A DNA stretch of 63,799 nt, counting the filler, from Candidatus Fermentibacterota bacterium (lineage in GTDB: Bacteria > JAFGKV01): NCBI GenBank assembly GCA_016928395.1. It is 5 parts of 5 records of this genome, joined end to end, with 100 filler letters (N's around TTAATTAATTAA, not from the genome) between each part and the next. Parts side by side here need not be neighbours in the genome. Positions count along the whole stretch, not along the records: positions 1 to 28,537 come from JAFGKV010000154.1; 4 more parts are not named here. The stretch is one strand, 5' to 3'. Below are positions 1 to 9,697 of the stretch, piece by piece. The notes beneath the pieces were generated by a model. That model saw only the letters and a list, made by a program, of their open reading frames with translations. It had not been told where the DNA came from and made no database searches. Position 1 is the first letter of the stretch. Every line of letters begins with the position of its first letter. The position numbers and the translations under genes are program-made.

Positions 1-716
1 CGGCGCACAGAATCCACTTGGTCGGCAATGTCATGATCGACACTTTGACGAGGTTGCTGCCTCAAGCCGCGGAGCATTGGAGTGCCGCAGGGACTCAAGA
101 GCAAAGACTCCAGGCAGGCGATGGCGGTGGCAAGGGGGATTTGGGGCGGGTGCTCACGACCCGCCCGTACTGCCTCGTCACCCTGCATCGCCCTTCCAAT
201 GTCGATGACCCCCCGATGCTGGGCGCCATCATTGACGCTCTCGGTGACATCAGTCGCCACATCCCCGTCATCTTTCCGGTACACCCGCGTACGATGGCCA
301 TCCTCTCACGCATCGGTGATTCTCGCTTTGTGTCCGGGGGTGCGCATTTCGTCTCCGGCGCGATCGCGGCGGCCTTGGCCCCGACTTCGGACAGTGTTCC
401 TCAGCTTCGCCTCCTTCCTCCCCTGGGATATCTCGACTTCCTGGCATTGCAGATGCACGCGACGGTTGTGATCACCGACTCCGGGGGCATGCAAGAGGAA
501 ACGACTTACTTAGGGGTTCCCTGTCTCACGGTTCGAGCGAACACCGAGCGCCCGATCACGGTGAGCATGGGCACGAATACCCTGATAGGTCGCGACATGA
601 TTCGTCTCCGGGCTGAGGTGTCGCACATTCTTGGCGGGCACGGCAAGCGGGGCGAGATCCCTCCGCTCTGGGACGGCCGGGCAGCGGAGCGTATCGCTTC
701 GATCATCGTTGAATAG
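1..716 (+). CDS. wecB: UDP-N-acetylglucosamine 2-epimerase (non-hydrolysing), 5'-truncated by the window edge
   Basis: Motifs IHLVGNVMIDTL, LVTLHRPSNVD, FPVHPRT, ITDSGGMQEE, TERP and PLWDGRAAERI; the frame is open to the window start. Confidence 0.93.
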   Translation, partial: AHRIHLVGNVMIDTLTRLLPQAAEHWSAAGTQEQRLQAGDGGGKGDLGRVLTTRPYCLVTLHRPSNVDDPPMLGAIIDALGDISRHIPVIFPVHPRTMAILSRIGDSRFVSGGAHFVSGAIAAALAPTSDSVPQLRLLPPLGYLDFLALQMHATVVITDSGGMQEETTYLGVPCLTVRANTERPITVSMGTNTLIGRDMIRLRAEVSHILGGHGKRGEIPPLWDGRAAERIASIIVE

Positions 717-896
717 CGTGACTGTGTGGCGACTCAGAATCCACGAGACCAAAGCGGCGGGCCCCAGGTTCTCAGATCGGGGCAGATTGGGTCGCGCCGG
801 TCATGACGCGGGAGACTCGATCAATGCGGAGGTCACGCCGAGGGCGGGAAACACCCTCTGCAGTGCGCCTCTCCGAGGTCCCCAGAGAGACTCGCG

Positions 897-2102
897 ATGA
901 CCGTTGAGAAAGCAGGGGATGTACGTCATACGATGCCAGCTTCCGCGTATCTGTCGCCATGCCAGGCTGCCTCGCCGCCCTATTTCTGGGTGGATTCGAC
1001 AGACGACTTCGCGACCATGGCGGCCGCGCTGGCGCACGCTCCGCGAATGGCCATCGACACTGAAGCCGATAGTCTCTATCACTATGTGCAGAAAGTCTGC
1101 CTGCTCCAAATCTCCACCGACTCCACAACCTACATAGTGGACCCCTTGGCAGTCACTGATCTCTCGCTCTTGCAGCCGATGATGGCTGATTCTGCCGTGG
1201 AGAAGGTGTTTCACGCCGCCGGATCAGACATCGCGGGCCTGCGCCGAGATCATGCCCTGAGCTTTTCCGGAGTGTTTGACACGCACATAGCCGCACAGCT
1301 CGTGGGGCTTCCTGCAGTAGGTCTGAGTGCACTCCTGGAACAAGAATTCGACATTGTGCACTCAAAACGTCGACAGCGCGATGACTGGTCGCAACGTCCG
1401 CTGAACCCGGAGCAACTAAGGTACGCCGCCATGGATACCCACCATCTCCTCGCCCTGCGGGATGCCCTTGAACAGCGGCTTCAGGCAAAGGGAAGACTCA
1501 CCTGGGCTCAGGAGGAGTTCGACATAATCGCCTTCTCTCGCGAGGAGGAGCGAGTCTTCGATCCCCAATGCTTCCGCAGAATCAAAGGCTCACGGGATTT
1601 GGCGCCCCTCCAGCAGGCCATGCTCCAGGCCCTTTTCGTGCTTCGTGACCGGCTGGCACGGCAGATGGACGTGCCGCCGTTCAGGGTCATGAGCGATTGG
1701 GTTCTTGTGGATCTCGTCCGGCATCCGCCCCGCGCGACCACTGAGCTTGCCGGCCGACGAGGCGTTTCCCCCCGCCTGGCGAGGAATCACGGGGCTTTGG
1801 TGCTGCAGGTCTTGAAGCATGCGAGCCACGGCAACCCTGTGAGCCCCGCGCCGCGACCCAAGGGTACCCGCCCACCGGTGGAGGCGCGGATACGACTGGA
1901 GAATCTCAAGAGGTGGCGAGACGGCAAAGCCGCCGAGCTAAAGCTCCCTGTGGGCATCGTGTTCCCGAATAGCCAGCTTGAAGCCATGTCCCTGGCGGCG
2001 CCCGCTGACAGAGCAGCCTTGGGCGCCATTCCCGGCATGCGGCGGTGGCGAGTTCGCGAATTCGGCGAGGAGGCTCTGCGCGCGCTCCGGCTCTCATCGT
2101 AG
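897..2102 (+). CDS. rnd: Ribonuclease D (DEDDy 3'-5' exonuclease with HRDC domains)
   Basis: AIDTEAD, KVFHAA, FDT, DWSQRPL and YAAMD motifs, followed by two HRDC-like regions. Confidence 0.9.
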   Translation: MTVEKAGDVRHTMPASAYLSPCQAASPPYFWVDSTDDFATMAAALAHAPRMAIDTEADSLYHYVQKVCLLQISTDSTTYIVDPLAVTDLSLLQPMMADSAVEKVFHAAGSDIAGLRRDHALSFSGVFDTHIAAQLVGLPAVGLSALLEQEFDIVHSKRRQRDDWSQRPLNPEQLRYAAMDTHHLLALRDALEQRLQAKGRLTWAQEEFDIIAFSREEERVFDPQCFRRIKGSRDLAPLQQAMLQALFVLRDRLARQMDVPPFRVMSDWVLVDLVRHPPRATTELAGRRGVSPRLARNHGALVLQVLKHASHGNPVSPAPRPKGTRPPVEARIRLENLKRWRDGKAAELKLPVGIVFPNSQLEAMSLAAPADRAALGAIPGMRRWRVREFGEEALRALRLSS

Positions 2103-2165
2103 AGGAGTGCGGCCCTGATCCCTCCTCTCTCCGGTGTTCCGCGGTCAGCGAACATGCGCAGAAGA

Positions 2166-3671
2166 CTATCGGATGACCACTACCTGGCGAGACATGGCCG
2201 AATCGTCACCTACCGGACGAATCATGTAGGTGCCAGGGGGCACTGGTCTGCCGCGACCGTCCCGGCAATCCCAGGTCAGAAGTGAGGATCCCGCCAGGGT
2301 TCTGATTCGCCGCCCCACCAAATCGAACACACCGACTTCCAGGAGCTCTGAGCTCGGATTCAGAATCCCAAGCCGCACCATGGTTCGAGCCGGATTCGGA
2401 TACGCGGGGCCCAAGACCATTGTGCCCGGCAGGGGTTCACCGATACCGGTCGTCTCCGGACCCCAGCAGGGGTAGCGGATGTCTGCAGGGCCGTAGAGGG
2501 GGGTCGTCTGGTAGTCGGAGAGCCTGATCGTGACCAGATTGGTCTCATCCCACGCGTCAGAAGGGTACATTGAGAGGCAGATGTACTGCATGGTCGGATC
2601 CCATCCGCCGAACTCAGCATACCAACCCTCATCGAATGCGACTCCACCGGAGAACGCCCCTTCGGACGTGTAGAACAAGACTCCCTCGACGGTCTGCCCC
2701 TGTTGGTTCTGCACCATGGTGATGTAGCCGAACAGCGAACCATCGGGCGACCAATGTAGTCTCTTGGCGCTGAGGTACTGGTCTTCCACGATCTGACGCA
2801 TGTCCGATCCGTCAGGATTGCACCGCCAGATGCCTTCCAGACTCTCATCGCCCCACCATACCGACGTCATGAGCAGCACGGGGCCGCCGGAGGGGTGGGC
2901 TGCCAGCGCGGTGAACTTCGATACTCCTTGGGGAACGGGCACCAGGTCGACCAGTCCAGTGCCGTCAGGGCCTATTCGGTTGGCTCCACCCGCATTGTCT
3001 ATGAACAACAACTCCTCGCCCGAGGGCATCCAGGCTACGTCGCCCACGCCCTGCTGGTTGTCCCAGTCCCAGGTGAGAGTGACGTCGCACGTGCTGGTCA
3101 CGCCCGGGTACACCGTCACCGGCATGAAGCCGAAGTCCTCGGCATCATACAGGATGACGGGGTCATAGGCGGTCACATACTGGTCACCCACGGGCACGTC
3201 ATCGAAACGGAATCGCCCCCATGTGTCGGCAGTGACGCTGTTGGGTTTGGAGCTGATATAGACCCATGCGCCCGATTTGGCATATCCATCCTCCCAGACA
3301 GTTCCCTCCACCGATCCGGTGGGTGAACCAGGGGGAAAGCTCCCCGGCGTCTTGTGGGTAACAGAATATCGCTGCTGGCCTTGGCGATCCGTGATCCAGA
3401 GGTTGGATCGCCAGGGCGTGTTCATGAGATCTTCCTCGCTGGAGAAGGCGATCCACTGCCCATTGGGGGAAAATGACGGCGCGCGCAACACACCGAAGGT
3501 GTGGCCCGTGAGATCGACCAAAGGCAACGGCGTGGGGGATGGAGGATCGAGGCGGTAGAGAATGTCCTCGCTGTCCTGCACACGCACGGTGAAACCGATA
3601 CTGGCGGCATGGAGTGAATGAACCGCACAGGCCATTCCTGCCACGACGGAGACAAACCCGGATACGCGCAT
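2166..3671 (-). CDS. Secreted TolB-like propeller protein with a carboxypeptidase-regulatory-like domain and a C-terminal FlgD-Ig/T9SS-type domain
   Basis: Strong RBS (GAAGGAGG) before ATG 3671 and a signal peptide; PSFSPNG and WSPDG repeats; C-terminus YPNP...VFDLVGRRIR...WDCRDGRGRPVPPGTY. Confidence 0.75.
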   Translation of the reverse strand: MRVSGFVSVVAGMACAVHSLHAASIGFTVRVQDSEDILYRLDPPSPTPLPLVDLTGHTFGVLRAPSFSPNGQWIAFSSEEDLMNTPWRSNLWITDRQGQQRYSVTHKTPGSFPPGSPTGSVEGTVWEDGYAKSGAWVYISSKPNSVTADTWGRFRFDDVPVGDQYVTAYDPVILYDAEDFGFMPVTVYPGVTSTCDVTLTWDWDNQQGVGDVAWMPSGEELLFIDNAGGANRIGPDGTGLVDLVPVPQGVSKFTALAAHPSGGPVLLMTSVWWGDESLEGIWRCNPDGSDMRQIVEDQYLSAKRLHWSPDGSLFGYITMVQNQQGQTVEGVLFYTSEGAFSGGVAFDEGWYAEFGGWDPTMQYICLSMYPSDAWDETNLVTIRLSDYQTTPLYGPADIRYPCWGPETTGIGEPLPGTMVLGPAYPNPARTMVRLGILNPSSELLEVGVFDLVGRRIRTLAGSSLLTWDCRDGRGRPVPPGTYMIRPVGDDSAMSRQVVVIR

Positions 3672-3785
3672 GCTTGCTCCTCCTTCGGATGGGGCTACAT
3701 CTAAATCAGCACGGAGGTCAACCCGAAGTCTCTGTCTGTCCCCCAAAGTAGAACGACTCCCCCGCACGCGCAACCGCCATTCAGT

Positions 3786-4901
3786 TCACGGCAGGAACTC
3801 CAGGGGCAGACGATCAGCGATGGCCAAACCCGCAAGAGTCACAGTGACGCGATCCTGACCGCACACAAGGAATCCTCCTGCCTGCAGACGTTCCAACGTC
3901 ACCTCCCACCCCGCGTATCGGGTGAGTGCCGACAAGGGTACACCTCTCGCCGTTCGCATGCCCAGCATGACCCGCTCCAGCGCAAGCTGCTCGTCAGTCA
4001 GAGTTTCCGACTCCTCCATGGGTACAGCGTTCCGGCTGAGACGCGCGACATACTCTTCCACGGACCGCACGTTCCATGACCGGGTTCGTCCATCAAAGGA
4101 GTGGGCAGCTGGCCCGAGACCGCAGTAGGGGGCGTGGTGCCAGTAGAGCGCGTTGTGGCGCGCCCGGAAGCCGGGCAGGGCGAAGTTCGAGACTTCGTAG
4201 TGCTCGTACCCATGATCCGTAAGCAGCCGCGAGGTAAAGAGGAAGAAGTCGTACTCCTTCGCCTCGGGAGACCGAATCAGACTCGGCGGACGGCGGCTGA
4301 GCGGTGTGTTCGGCTCGATGGTGAGCTGATAGCAGGAGAGGTGCGCCGGCCGCCATCTGAGGGCTTCGTCCAGGGTGGTGCGCCACCGCTCGCGGCGTTG
4401 GCCGCGGAAGCCGTACATGAGATCAATGCCGATATTCGTAAAGCCGGCATCCTTTGCCAAATGGATTGCCGCACGCGCTTGGGATGCGGTGTGGCGCCTA
4501 CCCAAGAAGCGCAGCTCATCATCCCGGAACGACTGCACCCCGATGCTGAGCCGATTGGCGCCATTTTTTCGCAGAGTCTCCAACAAGGGCGTGGTGATAT
4601 CGTCTGGATTGGCCTCCACCGTTACTTCGGCATCTTTGGTCAGCGGCCACGGGGTATCGGGACCACGCAGCAATCGTGCCAGCAGCTCCGGAGGGAGCAC
4701 GGTTGGGGTTCCGCCACCCACATAGAGGGTCGTGAAGGTTTGGCCGGCGCGCAGTCGAGCCTCTACGGCCAGGCTTTCAGCATACGCGTCGATGGGCGAG
4801 AGATCGGTCTGGGAGCAGAACCCGCAGTAGGCACACTTGGTGCGACAAAACGGGACGTGCACGTACAGCCCGGCGTCAGGCGGCACTTCCCGCGCCTTCA
4901 T
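3786..4901 (-). CDS. hemW: Radical SAM heme chaperone HemW (HemN family)
   Basis: LYVHVPFCRTKCAYCGF, GGGTPT, YEVSNFA and HNALYW; lies directly downstream of lepA with an ATGA overlap. Confidence 0.9.
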   Translation of the reverse strand: MKAREVPPDAGLYVHVPFCRTKCAYCGFCSQTDLSPIDAYAESLAVEARLRAGQTFTTLYVGGGTPTVLPPELLARLLRGPDTPWPLTKDAEVTVEANPDDITTPLLETLRKNGANRLSIGVQSFRDDELRFLGRRHTASQARAAIHLAKDAGFTNIGIDLMYGFRGQRRERWRTTLDEALRWRPAHLSCYQLTIEPNTPLSRRPPSLIRSPEAKEYDFFLFTSRLLTDHGYEHYEVSNFALPGFRARHNALYWHHAPYCGLGPAAHSFDGRTRSWNVRSVEEYVARLSRNAVPMEESETLTDEQLALERVMLGMRTARGVPLSALTRYAGWEVTLERLQAGGFLVCGQDRVTVTLAGLAIADRLPLEFLP

Positions 4902-6694
4902 TCCTCCTTCGTCTTCAGCACTGATACGAAGGCACTCTGGGGAATGACAACATCCCCGACCATCTTCATCCGCAGCTTGCCACGCTTCTGTTTCTCCAGG
5001 AGCTTGCGTTTACGGGTTACGTCGCCTCCGTAGCACTTGGCTGTCACGTCCTTACGGAAGGGCTTGATGGTCGATCGGGCGATGATCTTGCCTCCAATAG
5101 CGCCCTGGATGGCGATGCGGAACTGGTGGCGTGGGATCTCCTCTGCCAATCGCTCACAGGCATGAAGCGCCCGCTCCCGGGCCTGGCTCTCATGCACGAT
5201 AAGCGAGAGTGCATCCACCCGCTCGCCATTGACCAGTATGTCAACCTTGACGACGCGCCCTGGACGGTAGTCGGTGAGATCATAGTCAAACGAGCCGTAC
5301 CCCTGCGTGACGCTCTTGAGCCGGTCGTAGAAGTCGAACAAGACCTCGGCCAGCGGCATGTCGCAGGCAAGCTCTATGCGCCCCGGCGTGGGATAGTGAA
5401 ACGACGTGCCCTCGGCGCGCCGCTCCAGGCACAGCTTCATGACGACGCCCAAGTACCGTTCAGGCATGAGGATAGTAGCGTGGATATAGGGTTCGTGGGT
5501 GGTAGCGACATCCATGGGATCTGGAAAGTGAGCCGGGTTGTCTACCACCAGAGCCGTACCATCCTTCAGGGTGAAATGATACTCCACGCTGGGAACCGTC
5601 ATGATGATACTCTGATCGAACTCCCGCTCGAGCCGCTCCTGCACGATCTCCAGATGCAGAAGCCCTAGAAAGCCGCAGCGGAAACCCTGACCCAAGGCAG
5701 CCGAGGAGTCCTTCTCGAAGATCAACGAGGCATCGTTGAGTGCATACTTTTCCATGGCATCGACCAAAGGTCGGTAGTCATCAGAGGACACCGGATAGAT
5801 GGACGAAAAGACCACGGGTTTGGCCACCTTGAAACCGTGAAGCGCCGTGGAGGCAGGGCATTCATCGTGAGTGATAGTGTCGCCGATGCGGGTGTCACTC
5901 ACGGTTTTGATATTGGCGATGAGATAGCCGACTTCGCCGGCTGACAGCGCCGGCCGCTTCACCCTTCGAAGTTGGAAGATGCCGACCTCCTCAACCTTGA
6001 ATGTGCGGCCATTGGACATGGTCATTATGGTATCGCCCGGACGGACTGCCCCGTCTATCACGCGGATGCTGACAACAGTACCCCGGTAGGCATCGTAACT
6101 CGCATCGAATATGAGCGCACGAAGGGGCTTGCTGGGCTCTCCCCGCGGAGGGGGAACTCGTCCTACGATAGCCTCGCGTATCGCGTCAATGCCAACTCCT
6201 TCCTTCGCCGAACACAGAATGGCCTCCGAGGGATCGATCCCCAGTTCGACCCGCATCTCCTCTTTGGTACCGGCGATGTCCGCCGCGGCCAGGTCGATCT
6301 TGTTGATGACCGGTATGATGGCCAAGTCATGCTCCATGGCGGCATAGAGATTGGCCAGAGTCTGAGCCTGGACTCCTTGCGCCGCATCAACCAGGAGGAG
6401 AACACCTTCGCAGGAGGCCAGCGCCCGGGAGACTTCATAGGAGAAATCAACGTGACCGGGCGTATCGATGAGGTTGAGCACGTAGTCGTGGCCGTCAGGC
6501 CCCCTATAGGGCAGCGTGCATGTCTGGCTCTTGATCGTAATCCCGCGCTCACGCTCGATATCCATGGAATCGAGAATCTGCTCGCGAAAGTCTCGATCCG
6601 CCACGAGGCCGGCGTGTTGAATGAGGCGGTCGGCCAGCGTTGACTTGCCGTGATCGATATGGGCGATGATACTGAAGTTGCGGATATCGGCCAT
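4898..6694 (-). CDS. lepA: Elongation factor 4 (LepA)
   Basis: IRNFSIIAHIDHGKSTLADR, DTPGH, NKID and KCYGGDVTRKRKLLEKQK; start placed at MADIRNF (6694). Confidence 0.98.
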   Translation of the reverse strand: MADIRNFSIIAHIDHGKSTLADRLIQHAGLVADRDFREQILDSMDIERERGITIKSQTCTLPYRGPDGHDYVLNLIDTPGHVDFSYEVSRALASCEGVLLLVDAAQGVQAQTLANLYAAMEHDLAIIPVINKIDLAAADIAGTKEEMRVELGIDPSEAILCSAKEGVGIDAIREAIVGRVPPPRGEPSKPLRALIFDASYDAYRGTVVSIRVIDGAVRPGDTIMTMSNGRTFKVEEVGIFQLRRVKRPALSAGEVGYLIANIKTVSDTRIGDTITHDECPASTALHGFKVAKPVVFSSIYPVSSDDYRPLVDAMEKYALNDASLIFEKDSSAALGQGFRCGFLGLLHLEIVQERLEREFDQSIIMTVPSVEYHFTLKDGTALVVDNPAHFPDPMDVATTHEPYIHATILMPERYLGVVMKLCLERRAEGTSFHYPTPGRIELACDMPLAEVLFDFYDRLKSVTQGYGSFDYDLTDYRPGRVVKVDILVNGERVDALSLIVHESQARERALHACERLAEEIPRHQFRIAIQGAIGGKIIARSTIKPFRKDVTAKCYGGDVTRKRKLLEKQKRGKLRMKMVGDVVIPQSAFVSVLKTKEE

Positions 6695-6800
6695 GGAGTA
6701 GATGGTTACCCTATTGATGGAGGAGACACGCGCCACCGAGATGGTCCGCGCCGTGTGGTGAATGCCGACCTGGATGTCAGGGAAGGTACGGACGTCGCGG

Positions 6801-8036
6801 TCACACGACAATGGGCGTGACGTGCTTGAACGCGCAAAACGCCAGTGCGCGCTCCCGCACATCACCATGGAGGACTATCTGATGGTTGCCCGGAGCATGC
6901 TCGAGCCATGACTCAACGCTGCCGGCCAACTCCACCTGTGCCATGACGTGGCCGGCCTCGATCCCGGAGGCGACAATCCGGCCCGGCGCGATAAGCAGAC
7001 TCCCGAATCCCGCGCCGAAACGGAGAATGGTCACGGGGCCTTCCCGAAGGCTGCCTTGTAAGGCGGCACCCCGGCGGACATCCGGCTGCATCGCCACCTT
7101 CAATGACATGGGATCATGCAGCATGGTACACGGTGCCGTGCAGTGCGAGAGAGTGAGGGCGTTCGCCGACCGGTCTATCCGCAGGGCGTCAGCAGTCCAA
7201 CTGGGGCCCGAGTTGAGGGCTGAAGCCAGGACCATGGTGAACACCGCCTCCAGGTCACCCTCGCAGCCGGCAACGATGCCCTCATCGTTGAGGAGGCTGA
7301 TGCCCAGGCAGGGAGCGATCCCGCTGTCGAGCAGGTCGTAGCAACGAACCGTCAATGCGGTGAGCTGGTGCGCTTCAATCATGTCTCGCATGGCAAGGTA
7401 GAGCCGCGCCGAATCAAGGAAGTCGGCATCGGTGGTCTCAATGACTGCGGCCTGGGACGCGAGCGAGTGAACCACGGCGTGCGCCTGGGAGGCGGAAACG
7501 AGATCATAGCGTTCCAGCAGCTTTTCCAGCTTGAAGTTGGCGATGCGTGTCTTGAATTCCCTGAAGGAGTGAATCCCATGGGACGTCAGTAGCCATGGGG
7601 CGGGCGCACCAAAACAGCCGATGACTCCCTCGTCGATGCGCGCGATGGCCGCGGCGATGTGGGCGAACCCATCAATGACCGACACCGCCTCGTCGCCGCC
7701 CAGCGGCGCATATGCGACCTTCAGGGGAAATCGAGTCTTCAGGGCGGCATAGGCTTCCAGAGTCGCGGCCAGTGAGTTATTGTCGGGATTCGCCCACAAG
7801 AGAACTGGCTTGGCAGTCTGGAAGACAATTTGGTTGATTATGGCCTCGGTCCCTCCGCTGGCCACCAGGATGACCGCGCCGTCGATGGCATCCCTTCGGG
7901 CGGAGACCGCCCGTTCCGCCTGGAGGATGTTGCTTACGTAGTCGATGACACCAAGCCCTCCTGCGGCCGCGGCAACCCTCTGCCGTAGGGTCTCCATATC
8001 CTCAAGCTCTGAGAAGACTGCGAAGAAGCCTAGCAT
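6801..8036 (-). CDS. L-fucose/L-arabinose isomerase-like protein
   Basis: SGGTE, NSLAA, PWL, VRC, AGCEGD, HCT and GNHQ motifs; RBS GAGGTGG before ATG 8036. Confidence 0.7.
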   Translation of the reverse strand: MLGFFAVFSELEDMETLRQRVAAAAGGLGVIDYVSNILQAERAVSARRDAIDGAVILVASGGTEAIINQIVFQTAKPVLLWANPDNNSLAATLEAYAALKTRFPLKVAYAPLGGDEAVSVIDGFAHIAAAIARIDEGVIGCFGAPAPWLLTSHGIHSFREFKTRIANFKLEKLLERYDLVSASQAHAVVHSLASQAAVIETTDADFLDSARLYLAMRDMIEAHQLTALTVRCYDLLDSGIAPCLGISLLNDEGIVAGCEGDLEAVFTMVLASALNSGPSWTADALRIDRSANALTLSHCTAPCTMLHDPMSLKVAMQPDVRRGAALQGSLREGPVTILRFGAGFGSLLIAPGRIVASGIEAGHVMAQVELAGSVESWLEHAPGNHQIVLHGDVRERALAFCAFKHVTPIVV

Positions 8037-8468
8037 GGGTACCACCTCATTGTGAAGCGCCGCCCCTGTCTCTCCCGAAGAACGTCGTATGTGCGCACCG
8101 TAGCACACCACGCCGGAAAATGACGATGCGGAGGAGGATCTATTCAGTATCAATCGCTCAATACCGTATCAAGAAGTCCACTTGTCAACGATCATCACTG
8201 TATTTCGGTTGTTGTGGATCGATTCTGTTTATCCGAAGATCCGGCAGACACGGAGAACCCGTCTTCTTGCGCATAGACCGACTTTTGGCATTCTAACGAA
8301 ACGCAGATAACCTACATCAAGATAGAGACGAGATCCATGGAGGTATCGTACGGGGGATGCATTCACACGGTGATAGCGCGGGTGCCTACGGTGCTCTGTC
8401 GTGACTCACAATGCCCGCTATCGTGGAGTCGTCTGCAAGCCCTCGGCCCACTCAAGACTCGAAAGGTA

Positions 8469-8496
8469 TTGACATAGGTAACAGGCATGGTAAACT
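8469..8496 (+). promoter_or_regulatory. sigma70-type promoter of the ATP-grasp/GNAT/KamA operon
   Basis: TTGACA (8469-8474), 16-nt spacer, TAAACT (8491-8496) with an extended -10 TG. Confidence 0.7.
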
Positions 8497-8502
8497 AGAG
8501 GC

Positions 8503-8614
8503 GATTAAAGAGGAGTTGACGGCGTTGCGAGAGCCGCTGCTGCCCCACCGGGCGAAGAGTCTCCGCGGCCCCTCAGACTGCCGTCCTGCTCAAGAAGACG
8601 GAGACTCTTCGGTG
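8503..8614 (+). promoter_or_regulatory. Structured 5' leader with a perfect 13-bp stem sequestering the RBS (candidate cis-regulatory RNA)
   Basis: CGAAGAGTCTCCG (8553-8565) is the exact reverse complement of CGGAGACTCTTCG (8599-8611), which contains GGAG and abuts the GTG start; additional nested stems are present. Confidence 0.55.
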
Positions 8615-9697
8615 CGCCTTGCCCTTGCGTATAATGCCAAACCAACTGCCAGAAGCGCCATCGAGGCTGTACACCCTGAAACGGTCCTCGACGAGGAGGA
8701 GGAACCTCCGCCGCTGACTGCGGGCGTCGGTAGCAACGACGACGCCTACGCCGAATGGGATGATGCGCCCACAATTCTGGCGCTGGCGGGGGCTCTTGCC
8801 AATCAATTCGATGTTTCACTGGTTGAAGCTGATGCACGCTTCCCTTCCCGCGTACAACGCCTCAAGCCGGACATTGTGTTCAATGTTGCCGAAGGAATGG
8901 TCGGTCCGGCCCGGGAGGCCCACGTGCCCGCAATCCTGGAGATGCTGCGCATCCCGTATAGCGGGTCAGACTCTCTCACCCTGGCGGTGTGCCTCCACAA
9001 GGCGTGGGCAAATGTTATCCTCGCTGCCAACGGTGTGCCCACACCGCGCCATCGAGTGATTGAAGGCATTACTGATCTTGATAGCCCGTGGGAGATATTG
9101 TTTCCGATTATCCTCAAGCCGCTGCACGAAGGATCCAGCAAGGGCATTCGAGATGATCAGGTGGTGGGCTCCCTCTTCGATTTGAGGGTGAGGGCCGCGC
9201 GCCTTCTCCGGGATTACCATCAGCCCGTTCTGGCCGAGCAGTTCCTTCAGGGCCGCGAGTTCACCGTGGCAATTTTAGGGAATCCTCCTGACGTGCGAGT
9301 ACTGCCGCCGGTGGAACTGCGGTTCGATGCCTTTCCGCCGGGCACAACCCCGATCTACTCCTGGGAGGCGAAGTGGTTATGGGATCGACCCGATTCTCCG
9401 CTTGACGTGTTCCAATGCCCCGCCGGCCTGTCTTTTGCCCAGCAGGCGGAGATCGAACAAGTCTGTCAGGCTACGGCGAGGATTCTGCGCATCAGGGATT
9501 GGGCGCGAATCGACGTTCGCATGGATGCGGCCGGGGTGGTACACGTCATGGAAGTCAATCCCCTCCCGGGGATGCTGCCCGATCCCGACGCTCATTCCTG
9601 CTATCCCAAAGCCGCCCGAGCCGCCGGGATGACTTATGACGACGTGGTCTTGGCTGTGGTCGACGCGGCGTGCCGACGATGGGGGCTTCGCTCATGA
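8612..9697 (+). CDS. D-Ala-D-Ala ligase-like ATP-grasp enzyme 1
   Basis: DIVFNVAEG, IPYSGSD, KPLHEGSSKGI, GREFTV, YSWEAKW and RID...EVNPLPG; true start probably GTG 8612 (MRLALAYN), downstream of the promoter. Confidence 0.88.
   Translation: MRLALAYNAKPTARSAIEAVHPETVLDEEEEPPPLTAGVGSNDDAYAEWDDAPTILALAGALANQFDVSLVEADARFPSRVQRLKPDIVFNVAEGMVGPAREAHVPAILEMLRIPYSGSDSLTLAVCLHKAWANVILAANGVPTPRHRVIEGITDLDSPWEILFPIILKPLHEGSSKGIRDDQVVGSLFDLRVRAARLLRDYHQPVLAEQFLQGREFTVAILGNPPDVRVLPPVELRFDAFPPGTTPIYSWEAKWLWDRPDSPLDVFQCPAGLSFAQQAEIEQVCQATARILRIRDWARIDVRMDAAGVVHVMEVNPLPGMLPDPDAHSCYPKAARAAGMTYDDVVLAVVDAACRRWGLRS

Noticed and set aside
8510-8595. SAH riboswitch (GAGGAG...GCGUUGCGA)
   Set aside because: The motif is interrupted and the downstream CAGGCUC and CAAC..CGCUC elements are absent.
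8411-8611. N-terminal extension of ATP-grasp 1 shown in the ORF track
   Set aside because: It spans a near-consensus promoter and the structured leader; family-like sequence begins at GTG 8612.
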